Shown here: piece by piece, positions 23,451 through 32,792 of the stretch
Position numbering within the stretch: position 1 is the stretch's first letter
Layout: every line of letters starts with the position of its first letter
Assembly (NCBI RefSeq): GCF_001194135.2
Contig: NC_068981.1
Span: forward strand, 149,544,330 to 149,577,121
Reading direction: 5' to 3'
Length of the DNA stretch: 32,792 nucleotides
Source of the DNA: Octopus bimaculoides
Lineage: Eukaryota
Position numbers and translations under genes: made by a program
The notes under the pieces: model-generated
Seen by the model: only the letters and a program-made list of their open reading frames with translations
Told to the model about the DNA's origin: nothing
The model's database searches: none

Positions 23451-24199
23451 AGAATTGACAATACAGAGAATATGTTTCCATAAACTTATAAAAGAAATGC
23501 AAAAGAATAAACCATTTGTAAATCACATTAAAATCAGCAAAAGAACAAAAATAACACACCAGAAACAAACACACATATAACAACTGAGCTCTCAAATCCC
23601 ACCAAAAATATCATAACAGAGCGTACATCACCCAGAGATAACAAGGCATCGCAGCAAAGCTAAAAGTAGAAACTGCATAAAAGAAAAATAACTAAAACCG
23701 TGACTAAACAAATACGGAGCCACAACAAAGGTTTACTCTTGACCCTACATTTAACCATAAACATAGTAAAAACATAAATCATAAAAATTATTCATTGATT
23801 AGTCATCAATAAGCAAATTCTATCAGAAAAGCAGGATTCACCAAAACAAAAATCAATAAATGTTTCAACGAAACGCCTTCCCTAGTTCAAATATATATAT
23901 CCAAGAAATAATAGCTTAATACAACAAGGTTCCCCTAAGAAAGTTTTTCCACAAAAGCAAAGCCGTGCATCAATAGGATAAATGACTTAATTTATTCAGT
24001 AACCATGGCAATATTGAAAGAAATCGATTTAGTAAGGCTCTCTTCACTCATGCCTAATATAAACAGCAGAAAACAAATATTTTATACAAATTACATTAAT
24101 AAGCGAAATAGGAGGGTTAAGAACAAAAATGAAAAAAAACAAACAAACAAAAAACAAAAACAAAAAACAAAAACATAAAGATATGACATTGAGAAACAT

Positions 24200-24700
24200 T
24201 AAAATACATCCCGGATGTAATAGAAAGACTTAAGGCAGCGCATCTCAGTCGCTATGTCGACTTTGACGCTTTGATAAATTCGAGCGCTTCCATCAAAAGG
24301 ATAAGTTATTTGAAATAAACACAAAGATTCTGCAGGGACATGAATAAAAGGGAAGCGTATCAATGGGTAACAAATCAACGTCAACAATAATCTAAACATG
24401 CTAAGAGAAATTATTGAATTAAAACATACAACAGAATAAAGAAATATAGTGAATGAATTAGAAAGTAAACGAAAGCGTAAAAAAAAATATTATACGTACC
24501 CGGACGAAAAAAACATGACTACACCAATGCAAAAAAACTACTGAAAAGCCACTGGAATTGAAAAATTTCGAACATTTGGTGGATATAGTCAACCAGCTTA
24601 CATGAAGCTGAAACAATGGCATTCAAAAGACCAGACTCTGAGTTTGACTTGTCACTAAAGGAGAAAATGTTACCCAAAACAATGACATCGGGCATAGACC
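24200..24700 (+). mobile_element. Possible second R4/Dong-like fragment (pre-RT region)
   Basis: FHQKDKLFEINTK resembles the QN.LF..N.K.FY motif also seen at 22035; very degenerate. Confidence 0.35.
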
Positions 24701-26176
24701 TCAACAAATCTACAGATCAATAGCATAACTTTACAAATCATTGCTGTTTTTATTCTGAATGCTAAATGTTTACCAGGAGCGTAAAATTTTACCAGTGAAT
24801 CGGAAAATATTTTTTAAAAGAATGGCACAGGTTTGTTTAACTATGGATTGTCGCTTACTTAGCGTAGTCCTGTTGTATATAATGCAACTGTACTTCTAAT
24901 TTATTTTCAGAAGGATAGGATATGCACACCACTGCCCTGTTTAACATCAACGACTGGCCCATGCGTGCCATTAGTAGATTTCGACCAGTTGCAAACATTC
25001 GAAGCCCTCAGCAAGTAGTTACCAAGAGCCTAGGATATACTGGTACCTTCAACACCTTCCTAGATAAAAAAAAATCTAAATCTATATCCGCACGTCACTT
25101 ATGTAGCATTTGCAGTTTTTTTAACCCTCCTACACCTCATATATTTCTCCTTAGTACCCCTCAAACTACACACTCTATTCCTCTTGAAAGCACATCTGCC
25201 AACCCACTTTCTACAGCCTATCAACTTTATACAGTTTTTTCTGCTTAAAATTAGTCTGCGCATGCATAACCGCCTCTTCCCCTATCAGTCGCCTCTTTTA
25301 CCTGGATATCATCAACAAAAACTTCCGCTCAATCTGGCGCTAAGTCTTGCTACACAACACCTCTTAATACAACTGTTACCATTCTGCTCTCCCAACTCCT
25401 CGAACCAGTAACAAATATACAACTATATCTCTTTTAAGTCAGTAGACATATCTCACTTCCACTCTCCTCAAAATCCTTGTCTACTGTGATTTTTATGCTC
25501 TTGTTGGTTTTCTTACACGTGACATACAAATAGCTAATGTTCAAGAATTGAATCTTTTGTGATCGTAATGTATCTGTCAACTTTGTTTCCGCACTTATTG
25601 TAACATGTAACTTACAGAATATTGAATGCAAGTTAAACGAGACCCATTGAGCAGCAATAATAGTAGTAGTGATCAAACAATGTTTTCTTTGTCGTTCCTA
25701 AGTCATTTACAAACTTTAAAATCCTTGATATTGAATATGCAAATAACAGTCTTCATTCACTTTCATAATACAAAAGCCCTATGCAATTGTTATCGATTGT
25801 TTTTCAATAATCAATAAAAAGCACATTACTTTAAAACTTAAAAAAACAAAACAAAAAACAAACAATTAATCGCTAAAAATCCTTTACCTAGCCCTAAACA
25901 TATGGCTAATGCTAATGCAAATAACTGAAATTTCAAGCTAATAAGAAAAAAAGTCACGTTGGACCATTGGTATGAGGTTTACCAACGTTCATCAGAAGAG
26001 TCCATATGTATATCCTGCCAGTCACTCTAACTTCTACATTGCAACAAAAATGATTAAGTCGAATGAATAGAAAGTTCTGGAACTAAAACGTGCTTATGTG
26101 CTTTTTGAAGATCTAATGCCGAGAAACTTGAGTAATTTTCTCTGCACATTGCGAAGAAACGGGAAGCAAACATGTA

Positions 26177-26208
<32 letters not shown>

Positions 26209-26689
26209 ATTTGGTGTGATTGTTGCTGTTATTGTTAGTGTGAATTTTGTTGTTGCTGATGATGATGATTTAGTAAAAATGATATCGCTTTAGCGATTCC
26301 AGACATATTTGGATCAACCTAACACAAAACATAATTTCAAAACATTCTGAGGTAAACTGAAAAAGAACAATCCTAAAGTCACAGCACCTTTATAACTGCA
26401 CATACATGAAAATTGCTTTTTTCACATGTTTAAAAAACAAAGTGAGACAAAATCAGTAAAAACTTAGAAAAGGGAGACATAATGCGATTAGTATAGTATC
26501 TACGTTCCATTTACTCTTTCAAACATTCTCAAACCCATGATAATGCAGCCCGTATGTAACCGAAACAAAATATGCTAAATTATACAAACTTCTTTACACA
26601 AATTCTAGCTACACTAAATGCCACAATTTTAGTGAATATCTGTTTTCTTTTTTATTTATCACCCCCCCCCCCAATGCACGAGAATTCTG

Positions 26690-26879
26690 TTGTAGTTGTG
26701 AGGTTAAGAAGCTCGTTTATCAACCACATAATATCGAGTTCAATTCCATTGCATTACACTTAGGGCAAGTGTCTTCTGCTACAATCTTGGGTTATAGTGG
26801 AGGACGCTTGTGAGTAAATTTGGTGGACGGAAACGGTGTAGAAGCTCATCATATTCATGTGTGCCTCTGTGTGTGAGTT

Positions 26880-26935
<56 letters not shown>

Positions 26936-27135
26936 GTGCTTTTTTTCTCCAACCACTAGACCACCGACGTTGGTTTGTCCACGTCACCTGGCTTAGCAGT
27001 TCGGCAAAAAAAGACTAATGCATATATACCACACTTGATAAAAAAATTTACTAATTACTGGGATCGAATTATTCGACTAAGCCCGATAAAGCTGTGCTCC
27101 AAAATGGCCCAGTTCATTGACTGAAGCAAGTAAAA
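26690..27135 (+). mobile_element. Old diverged family A SINE with expanded (GT)n
   Basis: GGGCAAGTGTCTTCTGCTA core and GCTTAGCAGTTCGGCAAAA...TTCGACTAA...GACTGAAGCAAGTAAAA tail align with 5746-6165. Confidence 0.75.
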
Positions 27136-27289
27136 CATACGTAAAATGCAATTCCTTGTTATGATACTTAACCTGTACGCAAATCCTTTTGTCATTGCTT
27201 TACTTGAAGCGGAGACGCCGAGATGGAAATACTACACGTCAGAACATATAGCTTAAATAAAGAGGCGAACTAGTAAAATCATAAGCATG

Positions 27290-27395
27290 GAAAATTCTTA
27301 GCGACATTTCGTCCATTTATACGTTCTGAGTTCAAATTCCGCCCAGGCCGACTTTGCCTTTCAGTTTTTCGGGATCGATAAACCAAGAACCAATT
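27290..27395 (+). mobile_element. Family B SINE fragment
   Basis: TTACGTTCTGAGTTCAAATTCCGCC-like segment followed by GACTTTGCCTTTCA; homologous to 27591-27732. Confidence 0.7.
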
Positions 27396-27590
27396 CTAAA
27401 TTTGTGAGTTGTTAAACATCTATATTACACAGGTAAGAAATGTGTCCCACTTGAGCAACATATCCCTTTCTCCCAGGCTGCTGGCTTTGTGCCAAAATTT
27501 GAAACCAATATAGATCAGACAGTCGATTTAGAAAGAATAGTAGGTAATTCTGCATTTCCAGTAAAACTTTTTGGATATTGTACTTCTTGT

Positions 27591-27732
27591 AAGGCAGCGA
27601 GCCGGCAGAAACGTTAGCACGCTGGACGAAATGCTTAGCGGTATTTCGTCTGTCTTTACGTCCTGAGCCCAAATTCTGTCGAGGTCGACTTTGCCTTTCA
27701 TCCTTTCGGGGTCAATAAATTAAGTAACAGTT
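27591..27732 (+). mobile_element. Family B tRNA-derived SINE (5' part)
   Basis: AAGGCAGCGAGCCGGCAGAAACGTTAGCACG...GAGGTCGACTTTGCCTTTCATCCTTTCGGGGTC; multiple homologues in the window. Confidence 0.8.
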
Positions 27733-28374
27733 AATTTATCATAAATAACAGTACCGCCGATAGTTGTTGTTGACAAACAACGGCACTAATTTTATTCAAG
27801 GGAAAAAAATCCCATTACACTGCACAACGTTTTGTTGACAATCCACAGCAGTAATTGTCTTCACCTCAATAGACGTCAGTGATTGGTTAAAATTACCGAA
27901 ATACGACAACTTTTAACATGAAATAACTTCGAATATAAAAATTTTTCTCTGTTCTGTACGACAAAATATGCAAGTATACGAAGTTTTAAAGTGTTTCAGT
28001 AGAAAACATTAAATAAAACATAAATAGAAATTGGTGCCCGCCAAGTAAGAAAAATCCGCATTGGGCCAAGAATAGAAAAGGATATTGTAAACATGTATAT
28101 TACACAGGAGAGAAATGTATTCCAGTCTCATTTCTCTTAAGAGAATATAGTGATCAGTCCATATTGAAATAAAAAGAGTAATATCAAATAGACAGAAAAA
28201 ACCGCAGATAACATAAAAATAGCCCACCTCTAAGAGAAGTGGTATTTTATCAAGGAAGCTCAATAACTTCTCACTAGACATAGTTATGTGTACTTCTGAG
28301 TATGTTAAAACAGCTGTTGAATAAAACGATTCATTATAAATAAGCTTTATAATACGGTATGTAAACCCTCACAT

Positions 28375-28429
<55 letters not shown>

Positions 28430-28644
28430 CGNNNNNNNNNNNNNNNNNNNNNNNNNNNNNNNNNNNNNNNNNNNNNNNNNNNNNNNNNNNNNNNNNNNNN
28501 NNNNNNNNNNNNNNNNNNNNNNNNNNNNNNNNNNNNNNNNNNNNNNNNNNNNNNNNNNNNNNNNNNNNNNNNNNNNNNNNNNNNNNNNNNNNNNNNNNNN
28601 NNNNNNNNNNNNNNNNNNNNNNNNNNACACACACACACACACAT

Positions 28645-28787
28645 ACGATGGGCGTCTTCCTGTATTTGTCTACCAAATCCACTCACAAGGCTTTGGCCGG
28701 CCCGAAGCTATAGTAGAAGACACTTGCCCAAGGTGCCACGCAGTGGGACTGAACCAGAGACCATGTGGTTGGTAAGCAAGCTACTTT
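28645..28787 (-). mobile_element. Family A SINE 5' half, next to an N gap and (GCAC)n
   Basis: Near-exact reverse complement of ~5770-5910. Confidence 0.85.
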
Positions 28788-28934
28788 ATTTCATAATATC
28801 TACCATAAGGCAATACATAGAGGGGACAGACAAAGACAAACAAACATAAAAGGATGAAATAACATATACAATTAAAAATTAAGAATGATTATATTACAAA
28901 TAGGTTTTAAAATGAATACATCACAAAAAGCAAT

Positions 28935-29488
28935 GTTTAACACGAAAGAAAGACATCCCACACCAGAGTAGAACCTTTGCTTTCCGTGGCTCCGCTTACT
29001 TGGTGCCAGTTGCTCTCAGCTTTCTCTCCACAAGCTTCCATCTTCTTCTGAATATCACGTGACAGGTACCTCTTCTCCAGCCTTATCTTACTGCTGAGGT
29101 GGTAACTAAAAAAGTTAACCAACCACTGGCCAGATACAAAGGTACCCGTCACAATCCCTTTCAACCGCGTCTTCCATACTGTTTCTTTTAATATGGTCAC
29201 CACGTGACAATATTGACAGTTTATCACGAACTGGTAAAGCCGCTCGGAAGCACTGCCAAGCCAGGGCTTTCTGATACCCCGGCCCGAACGTTCTTCTGAA
29301 CAGGTTGATCAACTGACTTTCATCGTAGTCCAGGATCTCCCCCAAGGCGCCTTCGGACTTCGATCCCACTATTCCGTTAAAGAAATCCGCAGTAGAACTC
29401 TTCTTGCCGGCATTGCCCGTCCGAGAGAGTAGCTGAAGTGCCTGTCGGCACTCCAATTGCCAGTCCTCCACTCTAAGTCTCTGCTTGA
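28935..29488 (-). mobile_element. L1/Tx1-like LINE ORF2 C-terminal fragment
   Basis: ORFs 29115..29516 and 28937..29227 give LAWQCFRAALPVRDKL (zf-RVT-like W....LP....L) and KETVWKTRLKG...FFSYHLSSKIRLEKRYLS, patterns typical of L1/Tx1 C-termini. Frameshifted; the CCHC knuckle appears deleted. Confidence 0.65.
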
Positions 29489-29533
29489 TCCATGTGGTAA
29501 GCAAACTATTTACCACACAACCATTCCTGCGCC
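29489..29533 (-). mobile_element. Family A SINE head only
   Basis: Minus strand GGCGCAGGAATGGTTGTGTGGTAAATAGTTTGCTTACCACATG matches the SINE head at 5746. Confidence 0.75.
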
Positions 29534-29574
29534 TATATGTTTATGTTTGCTTTTAAAAATGTGCACGCGCGCGT

Positions 29575-29720
29575 ATCTTTCTATTTATGTATACAAAAAC
29601 ACAGGATGTGTATCTGTCTGTGTGCTTATGTTATAACTAGAGATCTGCCCAACCAATTTTAATGAAATTTTATACATGCATTACATAAAGTCCGTGGAAT
29701 GTCATGAGCCAAAAACATTT
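29575..29720 (+). mobile_element. Helitron-like non-autonomous element 5' fragment
   Basis: TCTATTTATGTATACAAAA...CTGTCTGT...CCCAACCAATTTTAATGAAATTTT...TCCGTGGAATGTCA; similar to 20298-20455. No clear hairpin+CTRR 3' end found. Confidence 0.45.
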
Positions 29721-30399
29721 TCAACTTCTTGCGTAATGCGGGCTCAGGGGCAGACAAACAGCATTTTTGCAGCGTTAAGGCCCGTAAGTTGAAAATTGCA
29801 ACAAACATTAATCAGGCTCCTTGTATTGCTGTTGACTAAGAAAAAAAAAAATTCGACGCCGACTATGAGTCCTACCAAAAAGCAAATTAATCAGATTTGA
29901 GTATACTGAACTGGGTTTATCTTTGTTTTAGGCTATTTTCCGAAGATAAAATATTGACACTACATATGCATTATAAGTAGCGTATAATATTTCATGAAAA
30001 TCTTTTTGCCCAATTTGGCAGGCGAAATGAGAAGAACATAAAAATTTTTGTCGGTGCCCTGTTGATGCTTCAGGTTACCATCCCACATACCACCGGGCCA
30101 TGTGCGTGTGTGTGCAGCTGGGTAAAGGCACAAAAATCCTATTCATCTATTCTCCAGAGGTGCCCTGTTTAACGTTTCCAATCCTGCGCAACGCAGCATG
30201 GCCCGGCAGCATGACTGCTTTCTATGTCATCCTTGTCTGAGCTATATAATGCAAAATATTCATACAAAAAACAAACTGATGTTGTGATTCTCACAGCTAT
30301 TTGAGTTTGACCGCGTGTCCATTTCTGGAAGCTATGCTCGCTACCTGCGACTTGTCCCCTCCCCACTGTGTTCCCTTTCCCGTTTAGTCGGACGAGTAA

Positions 30400-30520
30400 A
30401 TACAGGGTGTTTCAGAATTAATGATGATTTGAGTGAAATCGGATGTATTTTTTTAAAACTCACTTTTATTTGTTTAGCATGTTTAATATGTGTTAAAAGT
30501 GTATAAATTTTGAATTTTGC
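30400..30520 (+). mobile_element. Possible solo Tc1/mariner-type end
   Basis: TA-CAGGGTGTTTCAG start resembles the CAGGGTG TIR at 32199; no partner TIR found. Confidence 0.3.
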
Positions 30521-31001
30521 TTATAATTTTATTTTCATTCCTGTTGACTCCCTCTTATTTGGCCATGACAGCTTTTTGTCAATTTGGCATCAATCATTTA
30601 TCTCCATCCACAAGATGGAGCAATCGTTTAGCTGAGCTTAAAAAGTACATTCAGTTAGCAGTGATTCAAAATGCGTTTATCACAACTCTGAGAGATTTGA
30701 AGTATGCAGGGATACAGGGATACAGATATGTTGAAAATTTTCGATGAAAGTTTGACGTAAGAGCTATAGATTTACTTGTTTTGGTAATAAACATAAAATT
30801 CGGTCATTTTTTTTTTTTCATTTGCTCAATTTCATTGAAACAGATAGTTAATTCTGAAACTCTGTACGGTGTGGAGTTGTTAGTTGTTGCGTTGCTCGAG
30901 TAAATATTAAAATCAAAGGTCTTCTCGCCGTAAACACTCCATCTTTTTGTTAAGCATATTGTATCAAGGAGTATGTTATCCAAAATGTATCTCTCCTTTA
31001 T

Positions 31002-31122
31002 AGGCGTGGCTGTGTGGTTGAGAAGTTTGCTTTCCCACCATGTCGCCTTGGGTTCAGTCCCACTGTGTGGTATGTTGGGCAATTCCTTTTCATTATAGTT
31101 CTGTGCCGGCTAAAGCCTTGTG
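31002..31122 (+). mobile_element. Diverged family A SINE 5' fragment
   Basis: GGCGTGGCTGTGTGG...GGGTTCAGTCCCACTGTGTGG...AAAGCCTTGTG. Confidence 0.75.
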
Positions 31123-31281
31123 TATTATGTAATTGCCATTATTGTATTGACATATAAGATAACACATACAACACACCTATTATTACCATATACAAACAGA
31201 AGTTCGTGTATGAAATTGATCTTTTTTTCTTCTTCAATTATTAACTATTTTTCTTATAAAATGCACACATACAGGAGGAAT

Positions 31282-31327
<46 letters not shown>

Positions 31328-31805
31328 ATATATATATAGAAATATAGATATATAATATATATAACAGTTTGAATGTGGCTCCCGAGAAAGAGTAAAAGTA
31401 TTTACCCGATCAACGACGGGTATTACTGCTTTATATATATATTTATACATAGAGCAACTCACGCACACACATTTAAAAGCAGATATATAAACACATTCTT
31501 GTATACCCACGCACCCATGCGCTGATGGACACCAGTATAAATATAAATACAGTTGGTTTGGAAATTTCGATAAAATGTTAGATAAGCAAAAACACAGAAC
31601 TCTCAAACCTCAAATTCAGTACTGACGTCATCAAAGATATGGCCAACAACTAGCTAGGAAAATCTAACTGACTATTTGTCGTCAGCAAAAACATTAGCCT
31701 ACTGAAGTATTTGCCGACGTCAGAAGCGAACAAACCAATGAATATTGCCCATTTTTGATATAAAACTAACATAAAATGCCCAGGCGAATCACACGCTCCC
31801 CATCA

Positions 31806-31839
<34 letters not shown>

Positions 31840-32198
31840 NNNNNNNNNNNNNNNNNNNNNNNNNNNNNNNNNNNNNNNNNNNNNNNNNNNNNNNNNNNNN
31901 NNNNNNNNNNNNNNNNNNNNNNNNNNNNNNNNNNNNNNNNNNNNNNNNNNNNNNNNNNNNNNNNNNNNNNNNNNNNNNNNNNNNNNNNNNNNNNNNNNNN
32001 NNNNNNNNNNNNNNNNNNNNNNNNNNNNNNNNNNNNNNNNNNNNNNNNNNNNNNNNNNNNNNNNNNNNNNNNNNNNNNNNNNNNNNNNNNNNNNNNNNNN
32101 NNNNNNNNNNNNNNNNNNNNNNNNNNNNNNNNNNNCACACACACACACAAAATATATTTATATACATGCATATATAATTGTGTGAATATAAATATATG

Positions 32199-32434
32199 CA
32201 GGGTGACCCCAAAAAGTAGGTTTACAATTATCACGTAGGCACTTTAAATTTCTTTTAAAACATTTATTACATTTAAATTTCTATCTTACAAACTGAAAAG
32301 AGAGCTTGAGAAAATTAGCTAAATTAACATAAAATAATGGTTTCATATGTTTTTATAATTAAGATCTATATTGTTACTATATGAATGCGAAGGAGATAGT
32401 TGAATAACTGTAAACCTACTTTTGGACCACCCTG
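32199..32434. mobile_element. 236-bp Tc1/mariner-type MITE
   Basis: Left TIR CAGGGTGACCCCAAAAAGTAGGTTTACAATTA; right TIR (reverse complement) CAGGGTGGTCCAAAAGTAGGTTTACAGTTA. TA on the right flank, TG on the left (likely mutated TSD). AT-rich non-coding interior. Confidence 0.85.
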
Positions 32435-32447
32435 TATGTATACATTG

Positions 32448-32739
32448 TGAGGATGCATTGCCTAGTGCTTAGAGTGTTGTACTAGCGAGATTCTCGTTTC
32501 ACTTGTTACACCGGGTGATGCGTTGTATTCTTGAGCAAAACACTTCGTCTTACATTAGTCTGCGATCATTTTGACACCTGACGTGCGGTACACAATGCAC
32601 CAGTTCAGGCAACGTTCATTAGATGGATGATGTGAGGTAATGAACGGTTCATACATTTCATCGCTAAAAACAAATCATTTGTGCAGGTCGTTCGGCAAAA
32701 TGCTGAACACTCATACGCCGTCTTCGGTGGGAGAGTCTA

Positions 32740-32740
<1 letters not shown>
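32448..32740 (+). mobile_element. Diverged tRNA-headed SINE (family D)
   Basis: Head GGATGCATTGCCTAGTGCTTAGAG (box A-like) and core TTGTATTCTTGAGCAAAACACTT; the body matches my recollection of another octopus repeat. Confidence 0.55.

Positions 32741-32792
<52 letters not shown>

Noticed and set aside
24905-25430. Acceptor-like TTATTTTCAG plus 108-aa ORF, or a minus-strand LINE tail
   Set aside because: No good donor, no recognisable protein motif in either orientation; unresolved.

Overview
Eukaryotic, AT-rich, gapped draft-assembly DNA with no host protein-coding gene that I can support. The repeat content (tRNA-headed SINEs resembling the octopus OK/OR types, RTE, Penelope-like, R4/Dong and L1/Tx1 remnants, dense microsatellites) points to a cephalopod, probably Octopus; this is inferred from recalled repeat families, not from a search. 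Most ORF-track entries are microsatellite, N-gap or antisense artefacts. The window holds four Penelope-like (GIY-YIG) remnants, an RTE LINE whose reverse transcriptase carries an in-frame PHD-type zinc finger, a decayed R4/Dong-like LINE, an L1/Tx1 3' fragment, about a dozen SINE copies from several families, a Tc1/mariner-type MITE and two Helitron-like 5' ends. The best lead is a type I hammerhead ribozyme with an intact catalytic core (11170-11226, minus strand) inside a ~410-bp fold-back element, with four more degenerate hammerhead-like motifs elsewhere. I see no evidence for a new multi-gene system. Protein motif assignments come from manual translation; element boundaries are approximate.
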